In this document: positions 1 to 11,096 of the stretch, piece after piece
Layout: each line of letters opens with the position of its first letter
How positions within the stretch are numbered: position 1 is the first letter of the stretch
Notes under the pieces: model-generated
What the model saw: the letters and a program-made list of their open reading frames with translations, nothing else
What the model was told of the DNA's origin: nothing
Database searches by the model: none
Program-made: the position numbers and the translations under genes
Origin: Pristiophorus japonicus
Lineage: Eukaryota
Direction of reading: 5' to 3'
NCBI RefSeq assembly: GCF_044704955.1
Contig: NC_091995.1
Coordinates: forward strand, 15,500,001 to 15,564,000
Length of the DNA: 64,000 nucleotides

Positions 1-375
1 TGTCATCTGAAAACTTCTTAATCATACCCCCAACATTTAAGTCCAAATCATTGATATGTACCACAAAAAGCAAGGGATCCTGCACTGAGCCCTACGGAAC
101 CCCACTGAATATAGCCTTCCAGTCACAAAAACACCCATCAACCATTACCCTTTGCTTCCTGCCTCCTGAGCCAATTATGGATCCAACTTGCCACTTTGCC
201 CTAGATCCCATGGGTTATTAATTTCGTGACCAGTCTACCATGTGGGATCTTATCAAAAGCTTTGCTAAAATCCATATACACTACATCATGCGCACTGCCC
301 TGGTTACCTGCGAAAAATTCAATCAAGTTAGTCAGACACAACCTTCTTTTGACAAATCCACACTGACTGTCCTTG
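1..375 (-). mobile_element. CR1 RT fragment
   Basis: ORF 201-422 SQCGFVKRRLCLTNLIEFF...VVYMDFSKAFDKIPH. Confidence 0.85.
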
Positions 376-384
376 ATTAATCTG

Positions 385-1112
385 TGTCTTTCCAAACATA
401 TCCGCAGTATAACTAAGACCACCTATTTCCACCTCCGTAACATCGCCCGTCTCCACCCTTGCCTCAGCTCATCCGTTGCTGAAAGCTTTATTACTTTGCT
501 ACGTCTAGACTTGACCATTCCAACGCACACCTGGCTGGCCTCCCACATTCCAACCTATGTAAACTTGAGGTCATCCAAAACTCGGCTGCCTGTGTCCTAA
601 CTCGCACCAAGTCCCACTCACACATCACTCCTATGCTCGCTGACCTCCATTGGCTCCCAGTTAAGCAACACTTCGATTTCAAAATTTTCATCCTTGTTTA
701 AAAATCCCTCCATGGCCTCGCCCCTCCCTATCGCTGTGATCTCCTTCAGCCTCACAATCCCCGACGTCACGTGGGATCGTATCAAAAGCTTTGCTAAAAT
801 CCATATGGGATATCTGCAATCCTCAAATTCTGCCCTCTTGAGCATCCCAGATTATAATCGATAAACCATCGGTGGCCGTGCCTTCTGCTGCCTGGGCCCT
901 AAGCTCTGGAACTCCCTCCCGAAACCTCTCCACCTCTCTACCTCTCTTTTCTCCTTCAAGATGTTCCTTAAAAACCTACATCTTTGACCAAGCCTTTGGT
1001 TATCTGTCGTAATTTCTTCTTATGTGGCTCGGTGTCAAATTAATTTTTTTGTCATAACACTCCTGTGAAGCGCCTGAGGACATTAAAGGCGCTATACAAG
1101 TTGTTGTTGTTG
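385..1112 (+). mobile_element. L2-clade LINE 3' end
   Basis: HIRSITKTTYFHLRNIARL..., LADLHWLPVKQ, tail ...ggcgctatacaag(ttg)n. Confidence 0.85.
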
Positions 1113-1194
1113 ATGTTGTTGTAGTACAGCGCTTTGTGAGTCCAGATGTCATGAAAGACACTGTAGAAATACAAGTTCTTTCCTTAACTGTTCT

Positions 1195-1382
1195 ATTGGA
1201 TATATTCAAGAGGGAGTTAGATGTGGCCCTTATGGCTAAAGGGATCAAGTGGTATGGAGAGAAAGCAGGAAAGGGGTACTGAGGTGAATGATCAGCCATG
1301 GTCTTATTGAATGGTGGTGCAGGCTCGAAGAGCCGAATGGCCTACTCCTGCACCTATTCTCTATGTTTCTATGTTTCTATTT
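1195..1382 (+). mobile_element. CR1 3' end
   Basis: Same 3' UTR and (TTCTATGT)n tail as the 2851-7195 element. Confidence 0.8.
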
Positions 1383-1571
1383 CCAGTGGGAGCTGCTGCC
1401 ACCTTGTGGCCTATTTGTGAAGTGGCTCTGTGCTCACTTTACATTTGGATTGCATCTTGACATGTCAAAAACAACAACATTGCATTTATATAGCACCTTT
1501 AATGAAGTAAAGCATCCCAAGCCGCTTCACAGGAGTGATTATCAACCAAAATTTGACACAGAGCCACATAT

Positions 1572-2410
1572 CATCATCATAGGCAGTCCCTCGAAATCGA
1601 GGAAGACTTGTTTCCACTCTAAAAATGAGTTCTTAGGTGACTGAACAGTCCAATACGGGAATTACAGTCTCTGTCACAGACAATCGTTGAAGGAAAGGCT
1701 GGGTGGGGAGTCTGGTTTGCCACACGCTCCTTCTGCTGCCTGCGCTTGTTTTCTGCATGCTCTCGGCGACAAGACTCGAGGTGCTCAGTGCCCTCCCGGT
1801 TGCACTTCCTCCACTTAGGGCGGTCTTTGGCCAGGGGCTCCCAGGTGTCGGTGGGGATGTTGCACTTTATCAGGGAGGCTTTGAGGGTGTCCTTGTAACG
1901 TTTCCTCTGCCCACCTGGGGCTCGCTTGCTGTGCAGGAGTTCCAAGTAGAGCGCTTGCTTTGGGAGTCTTGTGTCAGGCATGCGAATAATGTGGCTCGCC
2001 CCAGCAGAGCTGGTCGAGTGTGGTCAGTGCTTTGATGTTGGGGATGTTGGCCAGAGCGAGAACACTAACATTGGTGCATCTGTCCTCCCAGGGGATTTGC
2101 AGGATCTTGCGGAGACATCGTTGGTGGTATTTCTCCAGTGACTTAAGGTGTCAACTGAGTTGGTCCACATCGCTGAGCCATACGGGAGGGCGGGTATCAC
2201 TACAGCCCTGTAGACCATGAGCCTGATGGCAGATTTGGGGGCCTGATCTTCTAACTCTTTTCCTCAGGCGGCCGAAGGCTGCGCTGGCGCACTGGAGGCG
2301 GTGTTGAATCTCGTTGTCAATGTCTGCCCTTGTTGATAATAGGCTCCCGAGATATGGGAAGTGGTCCACGTTGTCCAGGGCTGCGCCATGGATCTTGATG
2401 ACTGGGGGAT
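1572..2410 (-). mobile_element. RTE-clade (BovB/Expander-like) LINE 3' part
   Basis: VDHFPYLGS..ASAAFGRLRKRV, MPDTRLPKQALY..GGQRKRYKDTLK, C-terminal CxxC..HxxxH zinc finger, (ATG)n tail. Confidence 0.88.
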
Positions 2411-2950
2411 CTTGAAGACAGCTATATATGGAGATATGAGGACAGGCGACCAAAAGCTAGGTCAAAAAGGTAGATTTTAAGGAACGTCTCAAAGGAGGAT
2501 AGAGAGGTGGAGAGTGTTGTAACGGCTGTCTTGCTCTTTTTGCTTTGTTGCTTTATACGTCAAATTACACACACACTCAGTTGTAGCAAAGGCAGGATCG
2601 GGTCTTTTATTTAGACATTCATACTAAACAAATCCAGTATGAAAGTTAGTGAGATACTTCACAAAGGCAGCTCTCTGCTTTCCGTGGCTCCTTATGACAC
2701 ACCTTCCGTGATTCTAGTATCTGGTGTCCAGTGTCTAAACTCTCATCTTTATACTAAAAAAGCTTTTGAACTCTTATAGTACATTTAGACAATTGTCCTA
2801 AAATCACAGCTAACTGCTTTCTGAATTACTATACACAAACCAGATCGTTTAACATAGAAACATAGAAACATAGAAAGTAGGTGCAGGAGTAGGCCATCCG
2901 GCCCTTCGAGCCTGCACCACCATTCAATAAGATCATGGCTGATCATTCCT

Positions 2951-5924
2951 TTAGTACCCCCTTCCTGCTTTCTCTCCATACTCCTTGATCCCTTTAGCCA
3001 CAAGGGCCATATCTAACTCCCTCTTGAATATATCCAATGAACTGGCATCAACAATTCTCTGCGGTAGGGAATTCCATAGGTTAACAACTCTCTGAGTGAA
3101 AAAGTTTCTCCTCATCTCAGTCCTAAATGGCTTACCCCTTATCCTAAGACTATGTCCCCTGGTTCTGGACTTCCCCAACATCGGGAACATTCTTCCTGCA
3201 TCTAACCTGTCCAGTCCCGTCAGAATTTTATATGTTTCTATGAGATCCCCTCTCATCCTTCTAAACTCCAGTGAATACAGGCCCAGTCGATCCAGTCTCT
3301 CCTCATATGTCAGTCCTGCCATCCCAGGAATCAGTCTGGTGAACCTCCGCTGCACTCCCTCAATAGCAAGAACGTCGTTCCTCAGATTAGGAGAGCAAAA
3401 CTGAACACAACATTCCAGGTGGGGCCTCACAAAGGCCCTGTACAACTGCAGTAAGACCTCCCTGCTCCTACACTCAAATCCCCTTGCTATGAAGGCCAAC
3501 ATACCATTTGCCTTCTTCACCGCCTGCTGTACCTGCATGCCAACCTTCAATGACTGATGAATCATGACACCCAGGTCTCGCTGCACCTCCCCTTTTCCTA
3601 ATCTGCCACCATTCAGGTAATATTCTGCCTTTGTGTTTTTGCCCCCAAAGTGGATAATCTCACATTTATCCACATTATACTGCATCTGCCATGTATTTGC
3701 CCACTCACCTAACCTGTTCAAATCACCCTGCAGCCTCTTAGCGTCCTCCTCACAGCTCACACCGCCACCCAGTTTAGTGTCATCTGCAAACTTGGAGATA
3801 TTACACTCAATTCCATCATCCAAATCATTAATATATATTGTAAAGAGCTGGGGTCCCAGCACTGAGCCCTGCGGCACTCCACTAGTCACTGCCTGCCATT
3901 GTGAAAAGGACCCGCTAATCCCGACTCTCTGCTTCCTGTCTGCCAACCAGTTCTCTATCCACGTCAGTACATTACTCCCAATAACATGTGCTTTGATTTT
4001 GCACACCAATCTCTTGTGTGGGACCTTGTCAAAAGCCTTTTGAAAGTCCAAATACACCACATCCACAGGTTCTTCCCTGTCCACTCTACTAGTTACATAC
4101 TCAAAAAATTCCAGAAGATTTGTCAAGCATGATTTCCCCTTCATAAATTCACGCTCACTTGGACCAATCCTATCACTGCTTTCCAAATGTGCTGATATTT
4201 CATCCTTCATGATTGATTCCAACATTTTCCCCACTACTGATGTCAGACTAACGAGTCTATAATTACCTGTTTTCTCTATCTTTCCTTTTTTAAAAAGTGG
4301 TGTTACATTAGCAACCCGCCAGTCCACAGGAATTGATCCAGAGTCGATAGACTGTTGGAAAATTATCACCAATGCATCCACTATTTCGAGGGACACTTCC
4401 TTAAGTATTCTGGGATGTAGACTATCAGGCCCTGGGGATTTAACGGCCTTCAATCCCGTCAATTTCCGTAACACAATTTCCCGCCTAATAAGGATATCCT
4501 TCAGTTTCTCCTTCTCACTAGACCTTCGGACCCCTAGTATATTGGGAAGGTTATTTGTGTCTTCCTTTGTGAAGACAGAACCAAAGTACTTGTTCAATTG
4601 GTCTGCCATTTCTTTGTTCCCCATTATAAATTCACCCGAATCCGACTGCAAGGGACCTGCTTTTATCTTCACTAATCTTTTTCTCTTCACATATCTACAG
4701 AAGCTTTTGCAGTCAGTTTTTATGTTTCCGGCAAGCTTCCTCTCGTACTCTATTTCCCCCCTCTTAATTAAACCCTTTGTCCTCCTCTGCTGTATTCTAA
4801 ATTTCTCCCAGTCCTCCAGCTTGCTACTTTTTCTGGCGAATTTGTATGCCTCTTCCTTGCATTTAACACTATCCTTAATTTCCCTTGTTAGCCACGGTTG
4901 AGCCACCTTCCCCATTTTACTTTTACTCCAGGCAGGGATGTACATTTGTTGAAGTTCGTCCATATGATCTTTAAAGGTTTGCCATTGCCTATCCACCGTC
5001 AACCCTTGAAGTATCATTTGCCAGTCTAATCTAGCCAATTCGCGCCTCATACCATCAAAGTTACCTTTCCTTAAGTTCAGGGCCCTAGTTTCTGAATTAA
5101 CTGTGTCACCCTCCCTCTTAATAAAGAATTCTACCATATTATGGTCACTCTTCCCCAAGGGGCCTCGCACAACAAGATTGCTAATTAGTCCCTTCTCATT
5201 ACACATCACCCGGTCTAGGATGGCCAGCTCTCTGGTTGGTTCCTCGACATATTGGTCTAGAAATCCATCCCTAATACAGGAAATCCTCCTCCACCACATT
5301 GCTACCAGTTTGGTTAGCCCAATCAATATGTAGATTAAAGTTGCCCATGATTACTGCTGTACCTTTATTGCACACATCCTTTATTTCTTGTTTGATGCTG
5401 TCCCCAACCTCACTACTACTATTTGTTGGCCTGTACACAACTCCCACTAGCGTTTTCTGCCCTTTGGTATTCCGTAGCTCCACCCATACCAATTCCACAT
5501 CATCCAAGCTAATGTCCTTCCTTACAATTGCATTAATTTCCTCTTTAACCAGCAACGCCACCCCGCCTCCTTTTCCTTTCTGTCTATTCTTCCTAAATGC
5601 TGAATACCCTTGGATGTTGAGTTCCCAGCCTTGGTCACCCTGGAGCCATGTCTCTGTGATGCAAATTACATCATACCCGTTAACTGCTATCTGCATAGTT
5701 AATTTGTCCACCTTATACCGAATACTCCCTGCATTGAGGCACAGAGCCTTCAGGCTTGTCTTTTTAACACACTTAGACCCTTTGGAATTCTGCTGTAAAG
5801 TGGCCCTTTTTATTTTTTGCCTTGGTTCTCTTCTCTCCACTTTAATCATCTCCTTTCTATCTTTTGCTTCTGTCTCCATTTTATTCCCCTCTGTCTCCCT
5901 GCATAGGTCCCATCCCCCTGCCAT
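2951..5924 (-). pseudogene. CR1 ORF2 (endonuclease-reverse transcriptase), frameshifted near 5280-5330
   Basis: ORFs 5271-5924 (CITETWL, APE) and 2951-5326 (791 aa RT) overlap in different frames. Confidence 0.9.
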
Positions 5925-5925
5925 A

Positions 5926-6812
5926 TTAGTTTAACTCCACCCCAACGGCATGAGCAAACACTCCCCCTAGGACATTGGTTCCAGTCCTGCCCAGGTGAAG
6001 ACCGTCCGGTTTGTACTGGTCCCACCTCCCCCAGAACCGGTTCCAATGTCCCAGGAATTTGAATCCCTCCCTTCTGCACCACTGCTCAAGCCACGTATTT
6101 ATCTGAGCTATCCTGTGATGCCTACTCTGACTAGCACGTGGCACTGGTAGCAATCCTGAGATTACTACTTTTGAGGTCCTACTTTTTAATTTAACTCCTA
6201 GCTCCCTAAATTTGCTTTGTCGGACCTCATCCTGTTTTTTACCTCTATCGTTGGTACCTATATGCACCACGGCAACTGGCTGGTCATGCTCCCTTTTCAG
6301 AATGTCCTGCACCCGCTCCGAGACATCCTTGACCCTTGCACCAGGGAGGCAACATACCATCCTGGAGTCTCGGTTGCGGCCGCAGAAACGCCTGTCTATT
6401 CCCCTTACAATCGAATCCCCTATCACTTTTGCTCGCCCATTCTTTTTTCTGCCCTCCTGTGCAGCAGAACCAGCCACGGTGCCATGAACCTGGCTGCTGC
6501 TCTCCCCTGATGAGTCATCCCCCTCAACAGTACCCAAAGTGGTGTATCTGTTTTGCAGGGGATGACCGCAGGTGACCCCTGCACTACCTTCCTTGCAGTG
6601 CTCTTCCTGTTTGTCTTTCATTCCCTATCTGGCTGTGGACCCTTTACCTGTGGTAAGACCAACTCACTAAATGTGCTATTGACATCATTCTCAGCATCAT
6701 GCATGCTCCAGAGTGAATCCACCCGCAGCTCCAGTTCCGCAACGCGATTCGTTAGGAGCTGCAGGCGGATGCACTTCCCACATGGTACAAGAGGAGCATA
6801 ACACGTGTCCAA
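5926..6812 (-). pseudogene. CR1 ORF1 (esterase-type), frameshifted
   Basis: ORFs 6618-6812 (CGKCIRLQLL..RVAELE coiled coil) and 5926-6621 (SGNH hydrolase motifs). Confidence 0.88.
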
Positions 6813-7008
6813 GCTCTCCTGCCATGACTTAACCCCTAGATTAACTTAATTTGGCAACAACAATGCTAAAGGTTACTTACTGAAATTGAAAAGAAAAAGA
6901 AAAGGTACTTACCACTCACCAGCCAATCACTTACCCCCTTGGCTGTGACGTCACCTTTTGATTTCTTTCTACTTCTTTTTTGCTTTCTGTCCTGCTGCAG
7001 ATGCACAA

Positions 7009-7195
7009 GCTGGGCCTTTATAGGCCTCACTCACACTGCTCCCGCCTCTCACTGACTGCCGCCACCTCAGGAACACCCGCTGGGCCTTTATAGGCCTCAC
7101 TCACACTGCTCCCGCCTCTCGCCGACTGCCGCTGCCTCAGGAACACCCGCTGGGCCTTTATAGGCCTCACTCACACTGCTCCCACCTCTCGTCGA
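7009..7195. repeat. three about 69-bp tandem units in the CR1 5' UTR
   Basis: gctgggcctttataggcctcactcacactgctcccgcctctc... repeated at about 7009, 7078 and 7149. Confidence 0.85.
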
Positions 7196-7560
7196 CATAC
7201 AGACGATGTCATAAATAGTAACAAGTTACACTCAAATGCAGACAATGTCATGAATTATTATTATTCACATAGTAACAAGGTACACTAAAATACAGACAAT
7301 GACCAGCCACTTACTATCCTGAAGTCAAGTCTTACTGCCATAAATCGCATTCCATCATGAAGTTCTGTAGACACACAGGTGATCAGAATGTCACATTTGA
7401 ATGGCTAAGTGGTTCCAATCGTCTAGCAGCCTGTTTCGATCCAAACATCCAATCTTCCTGCTTTTAATCCAAACTTCAATCTTCCAACTTTTATCCCCTT
7501 TTGATTTCTCCGGACTGCGCCGAAGCAAAGAGTTCAAAAATGTGGGCTTGTGCTCCCACA

Positions 7561-7580
7561 TTCCCCCACTTCTTCTCTTT
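7561..7580 (-). other. polypurine tract of the ERV
   Basis: AAAGAGAAGAAGTGGGGGAA directly abutting TG of the 3' LTR. Confidence 0.85.
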
Positions 7581-7610
7581 GTCTCTCTGCAGGTCTTATT
7601 TGGGTAACAT

Positions 7611-7955
7611 TTATATGGCCATTTGGGCTTGTTCAACAGCATTCTCCAATTGTGGTCCTTGTTTTCGAACACGACATCCATAGTAAATCAAAATGACCAG
7701 CACAATCAACTGAAACAGCACCAGCATAAGGACAGGGTGTATCATTGTGTTCATCACACCAGTTGCCATCAGGCTCCATCCGAACAATGACTCTCACCAG
7801 CTTCCATGTCCAATCTGGTCCAAAGTTGTGTGAACATCTTCGATTTCCGCAGTGTGATGGCGAATGTCCACAACAATTGCTTGATTCAAACTCTGTAGCT
7901 GTTGAAATGTTGTACTCCATTTCCGCATTTCCTTCTTCCAAATAGCAGCATGATG
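7611..7955 (-). pseudogene. env: env transmembrane-subunit remnant
   Basis: Manual translation: heptad-like QQLQSLNQAIVVDIRHHTAEIEDVHTTLDQIG, then SW*ESLFGWSLMATGVMNTMIHPVLMLVLFQLIVLVILIYYGC (WW..LFGWS..ATG..N...HP motif of ERV-S-type env plus TM helix), one in-frame stop. Confidence 0.75.
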
Positions 7956-8271
7956 AGGGTCAGATTGGGTTGCTGCACACTCAGAATCTCAGGATGCCCA
8001 TTGGTCTGTGATCACCATATCCATTTTCATCTAAAAGTCAACTTTCAATTTTTGATGCTTTCGACTGAATTCCACACTGTTTACATTCAGAAATGTAATC
8101 TCGCAATTGGTGTCTTCGACCAAGTCTGTTGCCCTCTGCACAGTTTTTAACAATTTCCTCTGCTTTGTGGGAGAAGTGTAACAACATAGAATATAGGATG
8201 ACGGAAATGCTGAACAGTCAGTCGAGAGACCCAGTCCTTCTCTCGGTTCACCCTTCGGAACTGCTGTCATT

Positions 8272-8620
8272 AGGAGGTGTGTGGGGGACCTGACCCATCC
8301 ACCTCCATGGCACGAACCTGGTATTGCAGTACTTCCAGGAACGGTGCAGTGGCTCTAGGCCTTTTGGCTAAGATCAAGTGTAGTATCTGTTCTTATCAGT
8401 TTAATATCCCCTATGGGGACATGATATTGAATTGATTTTTGGACAGGGAGCTGGATCAGGGGCATGCCCCGTTCTCTCCATGCACCGACCTGGTATTGCA
8501 ATATTTCCAGGAACGGTGCAACTTCGCCTCTCGGCCTTTTGGCCTAAGATCAAATATATTGGCGCAAAGTGATCTTTGGCGTTAGAGTTGATCCGGAAAG
8601 AAATTGGATTAAAAAAAAAA
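8272..8620 (+). mobile_element. U2 snRNA-derived multimeric retroposon (poly(A) tail, about 13-bp TSD)
   Basis: U2 3' domain (8273-8348), near-full U2 (8349-8522), U2 5' end (8523-8553), about 57-nt tail and A10 (8611-8620); flanked by aactgctgtcatt (8259-8271) and aactgctttcatt (8619-8631). Confidence 0.85.
8349..8522 (+). ncRNA. U2: U2 snRNA-like copy (probably pseudogenic)
   Basis: GGCCTTTTGGCTAAGATCAAGTGTAGTATCTGTTCTTATCAGTTTAATATC identical to vertebrate U2; Sm site ATTTTTG, stem-loop IV CCTGGTATTGCA..CCAGG; lacks about 8 nt of stem IIa (TGATACGT); no own upstream promoter. Confidence 0.85.
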
Positions 8621-9378
8621 CTGCTTTCATTTCCTCTCTCGACATTTGCGACGCTCCAACTTCTATTTCGCATCCTTTAAGATCATGTTTATATCTCCCA
8701 CATTTGAGCTTTTCATTGAACACCTCATCAGTTCTGAGACAGCCCATTCCCACAGAAACTTTAAATGCTTCTGAACAAGCTTCTCGCACCGCTTTCATCT
8801 CTGACTCTTCAGTAACTGCTCTTTGTCCATCTGGGGTGATGGGGCACTGTCTCTGAAGAGGGGAATCCCTTTCCTCCAGGATCACCGCAACCTTCATTTG
8901 TCCGGCGGACCCTGCGTCAATTACGAACTGCCCTTCCACACAAGTCTCGATAAGGGTATGGCCACCCCTATCCTGAAGTAAGGGTCCGAAAGAAGCGACA
9001 CGTGTGGTTGAGACGTGGCATCCCTCGGAAACCTTGCGCATCTGCGGAATCTACGCCCAACCTCATCAACTGAACCGAGGTATCATGCCTATCTGTGACT
9101 CTAGCTTCCCTCTCCTGATACTTCAACTTTTCTTTTAACTTTTCTAATTCTTTAGCCAGTCCCCTATCAACTGATGAGTCGGGATCCAGGCACCACTCGG
9201 TCCTGCTCCTTTTATGCGACTCCTCCCATTACTAACTGGAAATCCCTTTAAGTCACGACAACTAAGAGAATGCTCACCCCTCGAACTGATGTGTGGGAAA
9301 CACATCTTCAAAAAAACTCAGCCAATGAACTTTCTGCTTCATGCCGGGGTCTTGGAACTCAGCCAACGAACTTTTGAA

Positions 9379-9396
9379 ATCACGTCGGGGTCATCA
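9379..9396 (-). promoter_or_regulatory. primer binding site, tRNA-Trp
   Basis: TGATGACCCCGACGTGAT, 17/18 match to the canonical tRNA-Trp PBS TGGTGACCCCGACGTGAT, 3 nt after the 5' LTR. Confidence 0.85.
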
Positions 9397-9399
9397 ATA

Positions 9400-10018
9400 T
9401 GTTGTAACGGCTGTCTTGCTCTTTGTTGCTTCAAACGTCAAATTACACACACACACTCAGTTGTAGTAAAGGCAGGATCGGGTCTTTTATTCAGACATTC
9501 ATACTAAACAAACCCAGCATGAAAGTTACTGAGATACTTCACAAAGGCAGCTCTCTGTTTTCCGTGGCTATTTGTGACACACCTTCCGAGATTCCAGTGT
9601 CTAGTGTCCAGTGTCTAAACTCTCCTCTTTATACTAAAAAAGCCTTTGAATTCTTATAGCACATTTAGGCAATTGTCCTGAAATCACGGCTACCTGCTTT
9701 CTGAATTACTATGCACAAACCAGATCGTTTTTCATACAGACAATGTCATCAAATAGTGACAAGGTACACTCATATACAGACAATGAAAAGCCACTTACTA
9801 GCCTGAAGTCAAGTCTCACTGCCAAAAATCGATTCCCACCATGGAGTACTATAAATACACAGGTGATCAGAATGTCACATTTGAATGGCTAAGTGGTTCC
9901 GATTGTCTAGCAGCCTGTTTCGATCCAAACATCCAATCTTCCTGTTATATAACCCTTTTGATTTCTCCAGACTGTGCCGAAGAAGTGAGTTTCAGAAATG
10001 TAGGCTTGCGCTCCCACA
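9400..10018 (-). repeat. 5' LTR of the ERV
   Basis: Minus strand begins TGTGGGAG and ends GTTACAACA; colinear with 2515-2850 plus 7196-7560; TATAAA about 9633 and AATAAA about 9491 on the minus strand. Confidence 0.9.
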
Positions 10019-10420
10019 GAGAGGTTTAGGCAAGGAGTTCCAGAGCTTGGGGCCCAGGCAACAGAAGGCACAGACACCGATGGTTGAGCAATTAAAATCA
10101 GGGATGCTCAAGAGGGCAGAATTAGAGGAGCACAGACATCTCTGGCGATTGTGGGGCTGGAGGAGATCACAGAGATAGGGAGGGGCGCGGCCATGGAGGG
10201 ATTTGAAAACAAGGATGAGAATTTCGAAATCGAGGCGTTGTCGGACCAGGAGCCAATGTAGGTCAGCGAGCACAGGGGCGATGAGTGAGCGGGACTTGGT
10301 GCGAGTTACGACATGGGCAGCCGAGTTTTGGATGAGCTCAAGTTCATGTAGGGGAGAATTTGGGAAGCCAGCCAGGAGTGTGTTGGAATAGTCGAGTCTA
10401 GAGGTAACAAAGGCATGGAT
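10019..10420 (-). mobile_element. L2 fragment (continues 2440-2514; target of the ERV)
   Basis: LADLHWLLVRQRLDFEILILVFKSLHG; joins across the GAGAG TSD to ...gtggagag. Confidence 0.85.
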
Positions 10421-10529
10421 GAGGAAAAGATCACAAATCGTTTCATTCCATGAATTAATTGTGCAGTAACTATGGTTATGTAAGTAACGGCAGAGGAGTT
10501 TTCTGAATGGGGGGATTGCTGTCTAGAGA

Positions 10530-10950
10530 AAAAGAAAGACTTGCATTTATATAGCACCTTTCATGATCTCAGGATGCCCCAAAACACTTTACAGCCAATG
10601 AAGTACTTTTGAAGGGTAGTCACTGTTGTAACATGGGAAACGCGGCAGCCAATTTTCACATGGCAAGCTCCCACAAACAGCAATGTGATAATGACCAGAT
10701 AATCTGTTTTTTTGTTCTGTTGATTGAGGGATAAATATTGGCCAGGACACCGGGAATAACTCCCCTGCTCTTCGAAATACCGCTGTGGGATCTTTTACGT
10801 CTTACCTGAAAGTTGGCACCTCTGACAGTGCGGCACTCCCTCAGCACTGCACTGGGAGTGTCAGCCTAGATTTTGTGCTCAAGTGCCTGGAGTGGGATTT
10901 GAAGCCACAATCCTCTGTCTCAGAGGAGAGTGTGTTATCCACTGAACCAT
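10530..10950 (-). mobile_element. DeuSINE (SacSINE1/AmnSINE1-like tRNA-derived SINE)
   Basis: tRNA-like head (ggctcagtgg..ggttcaagtccc) and Deu-domain sequence shared with more than 10 other copies in the window. Confidence 0.8.
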
Positions 10951-11096
10951 GGCAGAGCCAGGAGGTAGATGACATGATCACCTTCCACATCATCATCTTC
11001 ACTGTCATTCGTCTGTTTAAGGCAAGCTCTGGTCTCCCTTCTCCAAAGCCGCTCTGTCTAGCGCTGCTCTCTCTTCAAGACTCCACACGGTCTTCC

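Larger units (their letters stand above)
2851..7195 (-). mobile_element. near full-length CR1 LINE inserted in the 3' LTR of the ERV
   Basis: ORF1 with zinc-finger-like CGKC and SGNH esterase (GDSIVRG, VHIGTND, DGLH); ORF2 APE endonuclease + RT (YLDFQKAFDKVPH, GVPQGSVLGP, FADD); (CATAGAAA)n tail; 5' UTR tandem repeats. Confidence 0.95.
2515..10018 (-). mobile_element. internally deleted class III (ERV-S/SnRV-like) endogenous retrovirus
   Basis: Two homologous TG...CA LTRs: 9400-10018 and 2515-2850 + 7196-7560 (split by a CR1). 5-bp TSD GAGAG (2510-2514, 10019-10023) in an L2; PBS, PPT, LTR TATAAA and AATAAA on the minus strand; env TM remnant. Confidence 0.9.

Noticed and set aside
8349-8522. 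Functional U2 snRNA gene
   Set aside because: No upstream promoter (abuts another U2 unit), altered 5' end, stem IIa deletion, part of a TSD-flanked poly(A) insertion
8272-8620. U2 captured by the ERV as an integral part replacing pol
   Set aside because: TSD, poly(A) and in-frame restoration of the flanking ORF favour later retroposition into the provirus
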